Shown in pieces: positions 25,891 to 38,730 of a stretch of DNA of 64,000 nt. This stretch comes from Eledone cirrhosa (lineage: Eukaryota). Position numbers and translations under genes: made by a program. The notes under the pieces were generated by a model that was given only the letters and a program-made list of their open reading frames with translations, was not told the origin of the DNA and made no database searches. Within the stretch, counting starts at the first letter, position 1, and each line of letters opens with the position of its first letter. Location of the stretch: the NCBI GenBank assembly GCA_964016885.1, contig OZ024746.1:68820001-68884000 (forward strand). Reading direction: 5' to 3'.

Positions 25891-25942
<52 letters not shown>

Positions 25943-25999
25943 ATCATCATCATCATCATATATATATATATATATATATATTATAATATATATATATAT

Positions 26000-26039
<40 letters not shown>

Positions 26040-26051
26040 ATATATATATAT

Positions 26052-26093
<42 letters not shown>

Positions 26094-26255
26094 ATATATA
26101 TATATATTTATTATAATATATATAGATATATATAGATATATACACATACCTACATATATCTTCAGGACATTATAGGGAATGGATTTTGATCCATTATAAA
26201 GTTTCAATAAATTTATTAGGATATCTGTAGCTTGAAAGAAAACAATTTTAAGCAG
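25110..26255. repeat. Two nested inverted-repeat elements
   Basis: Outer arms 25110-25250/26115-26255; inner arms 25310-25391/25819-25898; (TA)n between the right-hand arms. Confidence 0.8.
25688..25732 (+). ncRNA. Minimal type I hammerhead ribozyme motif
   Basis: AGTCA-CTGAAGA-G-GTCAC AGAGTGT GTGAC-GAAA-GGAC-TA-TGACT. 5-bp stem I, 5-bp stem II, 2-bp stem III, CUA triplet. Confidence 0.7.
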
Positions 26256-26350
26256 TGTATATATATATATATATATATATATATCATCATCATCTTCGTT
26301 TAACGCCCATTTTTCACGCTAGCATAAATTATATATATATATATATATAT

Positions 26351-27007
<657 letters not shown>

Positions 27008-27335
27008 GTGAGGCACATAGCTTAGTGTTTAGAGCATTGGCCTTGCAATCGAAAGGTTGTGAGTTCAATTCTCAGACCAGGTGATGTGTTATTTCCTTGA
27101 GCAAGACACTTTATTTCACATTGTTCCAGTTTACTCAGCTGTAGAAATGAGATGATAGGGACTGGGGTCCATGTCATTCCACTGCAAAGTGGTCGTGGAG
27201 GTGCCATGCAAAAAAGCACCCAGCACTCACTGTAAATGATGTTGGTGTTAGGAAGGGCATCCAGCTGTAGAAATCAAGCCAGAATCAGTTCCCGTCCCAC
27301 ACTTGCAAGCAGGGAAAAGCGGGCGTAAAATGATC
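27008..27335 (+). mobile_element. SINE family A
   Basis: Near-identical to 3877-4230. Confidence 0.9.
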
Positions 27336-27384
27336 TGATATCTATGTATATGTATATATATATTATGTATATATATATATATAT

Positions 27385-27422
<38 letters not shown>

Positions 27423-27537
27423 GTATATGTATATATATTATGTATATATATACATATACATAATATATATATATATATATACATAATATATATATACATA
27501 ATATATATATATATATATACATATACGACGTGACAGA

Positions 27538-29919
27538 GTGTCTGTTGTAAACACTAAATCCCTCCCCCATGAAGAATGCACCTCCCAACATAGACTGATA
27601 ATTAGCGACCTCATAGTCAGGACGAGACGTACTCGACAGCAGAAGAGGAGTATCCTCAGGAGAAAAATATGGAAGCTAAAGGACCCCACAGCCAGAAATA
27701 AATTTCAAAGCATATTACTTGATGCTTTCGACAGTAAGGAAGAACATTTACAGTCGGACAATATAGAGGGACAGTGGGAATTTCTGAAAGCAAACCTGCT
27801 GATGGCGACAGACGAAGTCTGTGGCTGGAGCAGGCTTGTAGGCAGGAGGAGAGTAACATGGTGGTGGAACAGTAAAGTGGAGGGGTCAATTAAGGCCAAA
27901 AAGCAGGCTTGGAAAGTATGGCGGGATGGGGGAAGTAGAGAAGACTATCAAGTGGCCAGGAGGGAAGCTAGGAGACAAGTGTACTTAGCAAGAAGGGAAG
28001 CAGAGGAAAGAAAGTTCAAGCATGTTCTACAACGCGAGGACCAAAAACGTGAGGTGTTCAGGATTGCTAGGCAATGCGTCAAGGAAAACCGTGATATTGT
28101 CGGGGAGAAGTGTGTACTAAACGATGATGGCACACTTGCCATCACCGACGCTGATAAGAAGGTAGCTTGGAAGTGTCACTATGAAAGGCTACTAAATGAG
28201 GAGAATAAATGGGAGAAAGACAGTCTCCCCCATATCGACCCAATAGAGGGACCAGCAGTGTTAGTCGAGGGGAGTATAATAAGTAAGGCAATCAAGGATA
28301 TGAAGACGGGTAAGGCGGCTGGGCCTTCGGAAATAGTTGCTGAGATGCTGAAGGCATCTGGCACGGTGAGACACACCATGGTCACCCGCATAGTTAACCA
28401 AGTCGTACAGAATGGGGTTGTTCCAAAGGACTGGCATAGCAGCATCATCGTTAACTGTTATAAGGGTAAAGGAGACGCCCTAGATAGGAGTAACTATAGA
28501 GGCATTAAATTAATCGACCAGGTCATGAAGGTCACGGAAAAAGTAATAGCGCAACTAATCAGAGAGAGAATTGACCTAGATGAAATGCAGTTCGGGTTTG
28601 TGTCAGGCAAAAGTACCACAGACGCTCTTTTCATTGTACGACAACTACAGGAGAAGTACCTAGCTAAAGGTAAACCCCTCTACTTAGCTTTTGTCGACTT
28701 GGAGAAAGCCTTCGACAGAGTCCCCCGCTCCATTATCTGGTGGGCTCTTAGAAAACTAGGCGTTGACGAATGGCTTGTGAGGGCTATACAAGCCATGTAT
28801 AAAGAAACAGTCAGCAAGGTTAGAATTAACAACGAATATAGTGAAGAGTTTAGCGTAAAAGTTGGCGTCCATCAGGGCTCTGTTCTCAGCCCCCTACTAT
28901 TTATGATTGCCCTTCAGGCTATAACAGAGGAGTTCAAGACCGGCTGCCCATGGGAACTCCTATACGCAGACGACCTGACACTCATAGCAGAATCAATGGC
29001 CGAGCTAGAGAAGAAATTCCAAGCATGGAAGCACGGCCTAGAGTCAAAAGGACTTAAAATTAACCTGACTAAGACTAAAGTTCTAGTTTGTAGGAAAGAA
29101 AACAAGGCGGTGGTCCCTTCTGGGAAATGGTCGTGCTCGGTGTGTAGGAAAGGCGTAGGTAGAAACTCCATTTTATGTCCTAAATGCAAAGTATGGGTGC
29201 ATAAAAGATGTAGTGGGATCACAGGTAAGCTAACTAAGAACATAGATTTTACATGTGGCCGGTGCTCTGGTGCAATAAGTAGCAGCAAGTGCCCACAAAA
29301 TACTAGCTCTTTCAATTGCGCAGAGGGTTCTATAGAAATAGTGGACAGCTTCCGTTACCTGGGCGATAAAATCAGCAGTGGGGGAGGGTGCTCTGAAAGT
29401 ACAGTAGCTAGAGTCAGAACTGGATGGAAAAAGTTCAGAGAGCTTATACCACTATTAGCTGCTAAAGGGTTCTCCCTAAAAATGAAAGGCAGGTTGTACG
29501 ATGCCTGCATACGAACAGCAATGTTGCATGGCAGTGAGACCTGGGCATTGTGTGCAGAGGATATACGCAGACTAGAGAGGAACGAAGCTTGCATGCTCTG
29601 CTGGATGTGTAACAGTAATATACGTGAACGGCAAAGCATAAACGAACTAAGGAAAAAATTAGAGATAAGAGGGATCAGATGTTGTTTACTCGAGAGAAGG
29701 CTACGTTGGTATGGACACGTGATGCGCATGAAAGTCGATAGCTGTATAACAAAGTGCAGGGCAATAAAGATAGACGGTAGCCACAGAATAGGCAGACCTA
29801 GAAAAACCTGGGACGAGCTGATAAACTCCGACCTCACACACTTACACCTCTCCAAGACAATGTCACTGGACCGAGACCTTTGGCGGTACTCAGTAACAGA
29901 GAAGACCCGCCTTACCTAA
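27538..29919 (+). CDS. RTE-clade non-LTR retrotransposon ORF, 5'-truncated: end of APE region, reverse transcriptase, PHD-like Cys/His finger
   Basis: Open 793-aa frame with KGKGD..NYRGIKL, QFGF, FVDLEKAFDRV, GVHQGSVLSP, LYADD, FRYLG, RRLRWYGHV and GRPRKTW. Element spans ~27527-29978. The ORF starts at an alternative codon at the truncation point. Confidence 0.92.
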   Translation: MSVVNTKSLPHEECTSQHRLIISDLIVRTRRTRQQKRSILRRKIWKLKDPTARNKFQSILLDAFDSKEEHLQSDNIEGQWEFLKANLLMATDEVCGWSRLVGRRRVTWWWNSKVEGSIKAKKQAWKVWRDGGSREDYQVARREARRQVYLARREAEERKFKHVLQREDQKREVFRIARQCVKENRDIVGEKCVLNDDGTLAITDADKKVAWKCHYERLLNEENKWEKDSLPHIDPIEGPAVLVEGSIISKAIKDMKTGKAAGPSEIVAEMLKASGTVRHTMVTRIVNQVVQNGVVPKDWHSSIIVNCYKGKGDALDRSNYRGIKLIDQVMKVTEKVIAQLIRERIDLDEMQFGFVSGKSTTDALFIVRQLQEKYLAKGKPLYLAFVDLEKAFDRVPRSIIWWALRKLGVDEWLVRAIQAMYKETVSKVRINNEYSEEFSVKVGVHQGSVLSPLLFMIALQAITEEFKTGCPWELLYADDLTLIAESMAELEKKFQAWKHGLESKGLKINLTKTKVLVCRKENKAVVPSGKWSCSVCRKGVGRNSILCPKCKVWVHKRCSGITGKLTKNIDFTCGRCSGAISSSKCPQNTSSFNCAEGSIEIVDSFRYLGDKISSGGGCSESTVARVRTGWKKFRELIPLLAAKGFSLKMKGRLYDACIRTAMLHGSETWALCAEDIRRLERNEACMLCWMCNSNIRERQSINELRKKLEIRGIRCCLLERRLRWYGHVMRMKVDSCITKCRAIKIDGSHRIGRPRKTWDELINSDLTHLHLSKTMSLDRDLWRYSVTEKTRLT

Positions 29920-30003
29920 ATACATAGTAAAACCTACTACAGCCAGTAGGCATCTCTAACAAAATACACCCCGTCCCATGATTAAAATTTAGCTTCGTTT
30001 ATT

Positions 30004-30058
30004 ACTGCTATATATATTTCAGTGACAGCCATCTTTGGCTGTGACCTCTTCAGGCAGT
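30004..30058 (-). ncRNA. Type I hammerhead ribozyme motif
   Basis: Minus strand: ACTGC-CTGAAGA-GGT c ACAGCC AAAGAT GGCTGT c ACT-GAAA-TATATA-TA-GCAGT, then AATAAA. Canonical core, perfect 5-bp stem I, palindromic stem III, AUA triplet. Confidence 0.8.
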
Positions 30059-30475
30059 TTGAATTAGTATGGTATAGACAAGTACATATGTTGTTTAGGT
30101 GTATAATATTGTCAATACTCTGATATGCCCAGTTCCTTGTTTGGTTGTTAATTCACTGAGGAACTGGAGTCATATATTATGTATATATATATATATATTA
30201 TGTATATATATATATATATTATGTATATATATATATATATTATGTATATTTATATAAATAAAGTACCAGTAATGCTCTGGGTAATTGCTGGCCTTCTGCC
30301 TAAAGTAGAAACAATTATATATATTTATATATATATATTATGTATCATCATCATCATCGTTTCACGTCTATTTTCCATGCTAGCATGGGTTAGACGGGTA
30401 TGTATATATATATATATATATATTATGTATATGTATATATATATTATGTATTTGTATATATATATATATATTATG

Positions 30476-30510
<35 letters not shown>

Positions 30511-31295
30511 CTGTGTGTGTGTGTGTATTACTGAATGACACAGGTATTTAGCAATCATATCTAACTAAATAGTTACAATATTCAATGAATGGCTCTTGAG
30601 TTCAAGTATACAAGAATTTTAAGGCTATTTTCTCTGCTAAAGCTAGAATTAGCCTATGGCAAGCTTTTCCATTTTGCCTTTTGGTCTACATCCCACCTCA
30701 CCAACACCTTGGCTTTCATTTCCTCCCCTTTAGTTATGTCTTTCTTTGTTTTCCATTCCCTATTTTCGTCCACATACATTTCGATCACTCCTCTCACACA
30801 GTCACTTTCAACCTCCTTCAACGAATCATCCAACCATCTCGTTTCTTTTTGTTTTTTTATACTTTTTTGCTCACCCCAAACAAAGCAAGTCCCCACTAAA
30901 ATGCAAGGGGTTAGTGAGAAGGGGAACAAGACAGAGAGAATATAATTCAAAAAGAGAGAAGATGACAATTGATATTACTTTTCAATTTTTACAAATTATA
31001 GTGGCCAGGAAAGCAAAAAATTGGAAGAGAATTCCATAGGTGAGATATGCCAGGAAATAAACTATCAGAATAGAATTTGTGATTGTATTTAAGAATTTCA
31101 ACTGTAAACAGATGATACCTAGCCACCAATTTAGTGCTCCATTTAAACTTGTAAAAATGGGGCTACAAAAAAGAAAGCCCATCAGAATAATTCCCATAAA
31201 AATATTTATGAAAAAAGGTAATGTACAATGATTCCATATACCATGAACTCCATTTGTAGGCCTATATCATTTCAGCTCCAGATATTAGTATATAG

Positions 31296-31575
31296 CAGAG
31301 GTCTCAAACTCAATGATTCAAAAGAGCCATTGTGTCCTGGGGAAGAGGCACTGGGTCAAAATTCCTAAGATTTGTTATAATGTTAATCTGTATTACTGCT
31401 GATAGGCTGCTACTTATTCATTTATTTTTTCATCAAAATGAATACACATATGTTAGTAAGAGGGATATATAAATTAGTACAAAATGTAGGGGGACAAATT
31501 TTTTGTTTCAAATTTCCTACCATAGGCCATAGAAAAATAGTTTGCAGCCTGCAGATCACATGTTTGAGATCCCTG
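31296..31575. mobile_element. hAT-type MITE
   Basis: TIRs CAGAGGTCTCAAAC / GTTTGAGATCCCTG; perfect 8-bp TSD GTATATAG. Confidence 0.88.
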
Positions 31576-31679
31576 GTATATAGTCTTCTTAAAGCAATAC
31601 TGGCTTACATGATTCTAGTGTTTTACTTCATCATCATTGATGACAGTCCAGGATAATTGTTATTTAGTCCCAGATCAAT

Positions 31680-31980
31680 TCTGACTGAGCAGACCTGAGA
31701 TGGTCAAAAGCATTCTGGCTGTGATCATCCTATGACTGAGCAGGCTCATGGTCAAAGACATTCCAAATGTGACCATCATATGGTAGAGCAGACCTGAGCA
31801 AGTCAAAGGCATTCCAGCTATGAGTATTCTATGACTGAGCATGCTGGTGGTTTAAGGCATTCAAGCTATGACCATCATATGATGGAGCAGGCCCATGGTC
31901 AAAGGTATTCAAGTTATGACTATTCTATGACTGAGCAGACCCATGGGATAGCCTTATCCCATGGGTCTGCTCAGTCTATA
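31680..31980. repeat. ~48-bp degenerate minisatellite
   Basis: Repeats of TATGACTGAGCAGACCCATGGTCAAAGGCATTCCAGCTATGACCATC. Confidence 0.75.
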
Positions 31981-32647
31981 ACCAACTATAACCATCCTGT
32001 GTTACAAAGGCAAGTAAATCTATCCACTATATTCTGGCTTACTCCCTGTGATGCTTTTCACAGCCTTCTAGGCATGTGAGGTAAATAGATAGAGAATAAT
32101 CAGTCACTCTTGACTCACTCATCATTCCTCCTCTCATCCCCTGTGTTATGTTCAACTAAAGGCCCTACACTAAACACTAAGCCCACCACTCCTTCCTCTC
32201 CAGTATGTCAGCTCTCTAGAATATTTTCCCTTTACATGTCTTTCCTGCAGCCATCAACTTTCAACAGTTTTAGCAGAACTTTAACAGTATCAATCTCATT
32301 GGTCTTTTAGAACTTTAGAATGTCATGAATGTTGTTCCTTCTTCCAAGTCAAGCTGATAAAGATAGAAAAAGTAAATTAAGGCTATAGACTTCTATATCT
32401 CATTATACATATGTGATATATATTTTTTCTATGCTAGCAAAAATTGGATAACTAGCCTAATAGATAATTGGTAGTGTTGGTTTTAAATCTTGCCACAGCT
32501 CTGCTTGTTGCCATGAAATCCAATAGACTTTATCAAAAGGTATATGACTGGACATATATGATGTGATAAGGGAAATCATATACTGATATGGAAAGAAATA
32601 TCTACAATTGATAAAAAAATATGATGGAAAGTTTTTAAAAATCAAAG

Positions 32648-32703
<56 letters not shown>

Positions 32704-33901
32704 ATGTATGTGTGTGTGTGTATGTGTGTGTGTGTGCGTGTGTAACCTTTTCTCTCAGGACAAAGCAGATGATAATGATGATGATGATGATGTTCAATAT
32801 ATATGTATATATATATATATCAGCAGCATCATCATCATCATGATCATCTTCAAGATCATCATTTAACATTGGTTTGGATGGGTGCTAACAAACTGAGTCG
32901 ACACTCAAACAGAGCTACTGACCTCCTTACAGATAAGCTGGGGGAAGGGGAGACTGGATTTTGTATACATTGCTACACTCTACCGATCTTTCCATTCCAC
33001 CAAAATTGCTGGCCTTCTTTCTACCTATGTTAGAAACAATTATTAAGATGATATTTGCAACTTAACTTAAACAAAAGTAAAAGTATGTTTGACAGTTTTA
33101 ATTTAAATAGAAAACCTTTTAAATTGTTGGTTTTGTTTCATAGAACCAGAGTCAGGCTTGTGTAGGTTGGTATGAAAATGATTAAAAGTTGGATATGAAC
33201 TAAAAGTTAATTATTTGTTCCTTCTGAAACAATACATGACATGCAATAAGACCACACCTAGCTGAGATTTTTTAAAGATAAACATCAAACCATGGTGACA
33301 GTTTATTTGCCATTTTTCATCTCTTTAAGCTTGGGAGTCTGGGGATATTTCTGAAATGCTAGAAATGACATCAGTAAACAAGGTTTTTCAACTCTGTTAA
33401 GATAATACGTGACCATGATTATATTAACAGGAAATTTCTCATATGTTAAAATATTAATATATATGGAGTTGAATATGATAGAGATGAATTAGAGAATTTC
33501 CATTTTTTATTTCTGTAAAAAATATATGTATGTACCCAGTAAGGTGGTCATACTGGTACCACAACACAAAACACCCAGTCCTCCCTATATGGTAGTCATA
33601 CTGGTGCCACAATAAAAGAAAAACACCCAGTCCTCTCTATAAGGTGGTCGTACTGGTGCCACAACAAAAAAACGGCCAGTCTTCCCTGTAAGGTGGTAGT
33701 GGTGATGCCCTGAAAAAAGCTCATAGTACTTGCTGTAATGTGGTTGGCATTAGCTGTAGAAAACAGATCTTTATGAGCATGACATGGTCACCTGACTAGA
33801 TTTATAACATGTCAAATTATCTAACTCATGGAAGATTGATGTTAAACAGCGATGATGATGAAAACCATCAAAAGGCTAAGTTTGTAAAAAAGTGTTAACC
33901 T

Positions 33902-34130
33902 TTAACCCTTTAACATTCACATTACTCTACATTTACTATTGTATTTTCAGAGAAAAAGCTTTACTTCACATAAATATCTCACATAATATCAAGTCTATGA
34001 GATTTTGATAGTATTTATTTTGAGACCAATTCCTTAAAGTTAGTATGAGGGGCCAGTTATGGCCAGTTTGAACAGAAAACAGTGAGAGAATTCTGGCCAG
34101 ATATAGCTGGTTTAAATGCTAAAGGGTTAA
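33902..34130 (-). mobile_element. piggyBac-type MITE
   Basis: TTAA-CCCTTTAACATT...AATGCTAAAGGG-TTAA; reverse complement of 22338-22566. Confidence 0.85.
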
Positions 34131-34279
34131 AGAGATTATTAAAATTAATGAAGTTTTAAATTTGAGTCTGATAAAAGGACCCAATGCCAGATCTGCTTTC
34201 CTGTGTCACACACCAGGTTTCTCTTGCTTCCAGGAACTACCATTATTTCTTAAACCAGAATATTATGTCTGACTTCTGC

Positions 34280-34472
34280 AAGGGCGGTGGATTGGCAGTA
34301 TCGGTGGAGGGTCGGACGCCATGCTTTCCAGCATAGTTACGTCCCTTTACGATCTGAGTTCAAATTCCGCCGAGGTTGACTTTGCCTTTCATCCTTACGG
34401 GGTCGATAAAATAAAGTACCAGTAATGCACTGGGTAATTGCTGGCCTTGTGCCTAAAGTAGAAACAATTATG
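34280..34472 (+). mobile_element. tRNA-like SINE family B (Meta-domain-like centre)
   Basis: B-box-like GAGTTCAAATTC, centre GCCTTTCATCCTTACGGGGTCGATAAAATAAAGTACC, ends TAGAAACAATTA; flanked by duplicated (AT)TATGTCTGACTTCTGCA. Other copies or fragments at ~8020-8130, 19460-19820, 45375-45780, 54760-55335. Confidence 0.85.
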
Positions 34473-37329
34473 TCTGACTTCTGCATAACAATATTTGTCA
34501 ACAGGGCTTCCAGTAACTCATATGTTACCAAGCTGTGTATCAATGCTCAGTTATGTGTCCATGTTGTTGAACCACTCAACCAAGTTACTGTGCCTGGTGC
34601 AGTCAGTCATTATGGTGCCACTCTAGACATTTGACTGTGTGTACATCTCAACATATCAGTGGGCCTTAAAAATGTTTGATAGTGGGCATCACCCAGCAAC
34701 TGATGCAGCCAGTCATTGGGGTACCCCAAGAGCTATTATATTGCTGTGTTGTAGTATAAAAAGGATTTCTAATTTAGGCACAAGGCAATGATTTGTGGGG
34801 AGGGAAAGTTTATTATATTGACCCCAAATCTCACCAAGGTTAGGTTTGCCTCCATCCTTACAGGTCTGATAAAATAAAGCACCTGTAATGCTTTGGTAGT
34901 GTGGGGTCAATTTAATCAACTTTTCCCCCTTCCCTTCAAATTGCTGGCCTTGTGCCAAATGTAGAAACAATTATTTTTCTTGTCCCTCATAGTGCTTCTA
35001 GAAAATTCTAGTTGCATCATTCAACTCCCGATTATGTATTAAAAAAACTTCCAAAATGCCTATGTAAGTATGCCATATTCCAAGAAAACTAATTATGAAA
35101 TTGCTGCTGAGAAATGTATTTTCTAAATTGGGCAATGATATATATTTTATCTAAATCAGAAATAACATTTCAAAAAGTATTCATAAACAACAACAAAAAT
35201 CTTGAAAAAGAATATTTTCATTTGCTTAACTTAAAATATATATAATGCAACATGGGAAGATGGGAAGACAAAGCATTGCTTACTGTAATATAGTTTTAAA
35301 GAATGGTCCGATGAAAAGCCAATTTCTATTCCATTTTGTAGATCAATGTACATATGCAACGTAATACTCAATAGTAATCATTATAATCACTTAATGGTTT
35401 ATAAAGGCCACACAACATCAACAATGTTACTTTGTGAAAAAGTGGAATTACTACAATGGACTTGAAATTAATGGAATTTGTTTAGCATAGAAGAGTTATG
35501 GCACTCTTTCGGACAATAATACATTGTTAAAGGAGAACAAGATGCTGAAGAACACTCAATAAATTGCAAGATGAAAGTGCATTTAATAACACATCAAAGC
35601 AAACTTTATAATGATGATATGTGGATAATGAGGATTATTCTGGTGTTCACTCAATAGAGGTTAGATCTATACTACTAATGAGAAAATATACAAATACAAC
35701 TTACAATGGTTTAGCATACTGAAAGGGAAATATAGAAACTATATTTTAGAATATATAACAAGTATTAAGATGATTTTGGATTTACTTTAAGGTATGATGA
35801 TGATGATGATGGTGTATCCAATTTTATGGAATATTTTCCTCAATTTTTACACTTAATCTTTCTTTCAGTTTAACACCACCACTTAGCTCTTGATGTATTT
35901 ATAGAAGGAGTCCAATCTGTTGCAAGTATTTCAGTAAAGTCTCTCATTTGAGAGTAACTTCCTTCCTCCTACCAGACTTGGAGGATCTGAAAATGGTTAA
36001 GGATGCTACCCTTCCCCCTCTGACTAGAGCACTAAATACATAGGTGGGGATTAACATTTCTTACCTCATTAACTAAATAAAAATTAACTATTCTCTTGCT
36101 AAAGGAAAATTAAAGATATGGGAGACCTTTTCAGCTGTATAGCTGTATCAAAGACATGATAACCTCCCTAGTGTTGGTGATTTACATAATGATTTCTTAT
36201 TTAGGCACAAGGCCAAAGATTTTAGGGGAAGGGGAAAGTCGATTAAATCGACCCCAGAGCATTACTGGTGCTTTATTTAACGACCCTGTAAGGATGAAAG
36301 GCAAAGCTAAGGGACCGTCACTCTATGCCGCGAAGCATGGTGTCCAGCGCTCTACCTATATTGGGGACAGGAAGGGCATCAGCCTTAGAAAACTTATCAA
36401 ACAAAGGGTCTGGAAGATTTTTCAGTTCAGTCAAAGATAAATGCACCCAATACACTCTGTAAAGTGGTTGGTAATAGGAAGAGCATCCAATTGTAGAAAG
36501 CTGCCAAACAAAGGAATGGGGAGGACTCTTCAGCTGTGTCAAAAACATGACAACCTCTCCAGTGCTAGTGTCATAATAAAATGTCCATGTTAGAGTGTGG
36601 GAATGTTTTTTTAAGTGAGGTGCAGGCCCCCAACCCACCTAAAATCTTAGTAGAGCATGGAAACATAAAGAAGCAATTTTCATGCCCCTGATCCATCTGA
36701 GAGGTCGGTAGCTCTGCTTGAGTACTGACTCAGTTCCTGACAACCTGTTCAACCATGGCTAGCAGAGAAATGGATGTTAAGTGATAATAATGATGATGAT
36801 GATGTTGATGATGTTGATTCCTAATGAAATTTTAAATTTTGACAATTGTATGAAATGATCTCAATATTTTTAGTCTTTACTTAGCTTTTACAGTCAACAC
36901 TTTCAGCTGCATTAACTAGCAACTCTCCAATTCATTGAACATATGTTAGAAGTTAATCCTTTTGTGAACTACGATGGTTAGTGAGGCAGCTATTTAACTC
37001 TAGTTTCCATGGCATTAAGTAGATAAGACAAATCTCATTTAGAAAGATGCTCACTAGTCTATTGTGAGCTCACTTTTCAAATGCACTGTTATCTATTTTC
37101 AGTTACTTAAATGAAAACATGCAAAGTGCTTTGCTTAAAAACAAACTGTAACACTTTTAGTACCAAAAAATAACATTAGACCCTTTAAACTAAAACTTAT
37201 TTGTACATATTAGTCAAGTAATATTTCATCCACATACAGCCCAGAAATTAGTCTAGAAAAACTCTACAATTTTAATCAAAACTGTCATGTATTCTCATCC
37301 TACATTTTATTTAATCTAAAACTGATTTA

Positions 37330-37630
37330 AGATCATATTATATATCTCATTAACATTCCAGCAAATCCAAAATTACGGTGTATGTCTTATTTAACATTCC
37401 AGCTGATCTAAGATTATGGTGTATATCTCACTAATATTCCAACTGATCCAAGGTCATGCTGTATATCTTATCTTATATAACTTTGCACCTGATCCATGAT
37501 AATGGTGTTTATCTCATTGACATTACAACTGATCCAAGGTCATGCTATATATCTTATATAACTTTGCACCTGATCCATGATAATGGTGTTTATCTCATTG
37601 ACATTACAACTAATCCAAAATTATACTGTA
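37330..37630. repeat. Tandem repeat including a ~80-bp near-exact duplication
   Basis: TCTTATATAACTTTGCACCTGATCCATGATAATGGTGTTTATCTCATTGACATTACAACT occurs at ~37471 and ~37552. Confidence 0.8.
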
Positions 37631-38385
37631 TATCTTCCTTGTTTAAGATAGTAGCATCTGATGGAGATTTGGCTCTTTTTTCTAGATAGTTGAGCAACCA
37701 AACATTATCATAGACCCTTTTGTTTAGAAGATTCATCTGGTCCCAATAGTAATTCAACAAGTTATCTTGAGATTCTTTATCTGAAACAGAATATTTTTCT
37801 TCTTTGGTTTCTTTTGCTCCCTGTGTAGAATTGGGTAATGACAGATCTCCATTCTGTATAGTGTGTCAAGCCTTGTCACATATTGTGTTTGAAATAATAA
37901 ATTTATACAGAGTTGCCATGATTAGTCATGAAAAAGTTGACCACCAACCAAGTGTTTTATTTCCTCGGCAATGTCAGGTTTGCTTCTAGTTTATATTTCT
38001 CCTTGAATAATAGATTAAAATTTGTTACCAAACAATGAAGAAATACTTTGAAAAAAGAAAGACGATCTTCTTGATAACTATCAACCAAAGTTCTGTTACT
38101 TTGCCAAAATTAACTATGTATAAAACAAATAAATCACTGAGTGAAAAGTAAACCTAAATTATTTATATATTTATATATATATGTGTGTGTGTGTGTGTAG
38201 TAGTAGTAGTAGTAGTATCAGAAACTCTCTATCGTTTAGATAGCATATTTGACCGTTACATAGATGCATTTAATACACAAAAGGACATATTTAGAAGATA
38301 TATATATAACCAATGCTAGCGTGAAAACATTGCCGTAAAACAGTAATGATGATGATGATGTATATATATATATATATATATATAC

Positions 38386-38720
38386 AGGCGCATGGCTTAG
38401 TGGTTAGAGCATTGGGTTTGCAATCGAAAGGTTGTGAGTTCAATTCTCAGACCAGGTGATGTGTTGTTTCCTTGAGCAAGACACTTTATTTCACATTGCT
38501 CCAGTTTACTCAGCTGTAGAAATGAGATGATAGGACTGGGGTCCCTATCATTCCACTGCAAAGTGGTCATGGAGGTGCCACGGCAAAAAAGCACCCAGCA
38601 CTCACTGTAAATGAGGTTGGTGTTAGGAAGGGCATCCAGCTGTAGAAATCAAGCCAGAATCAGTTCCCGTCCCACCCTTGCAAGCAGGGAAAAGCGGACA
38701 TAAAATGATGATGATGATGA
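38386..38720 (+). mobile_element. SINE family A
   Basis: Near-identical to 3877-4230. Confidence 0.9.
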
Positions 38721-38730
38721 TATATATATA

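Noticed and set aside
27656-29855. Minus-strand ORFs overlapping the RTE (and opposite-strand ORFs over the CR1 and mariner)
   Set aside because: Antisense shadows of the retrotransposon or transposase reading frames.
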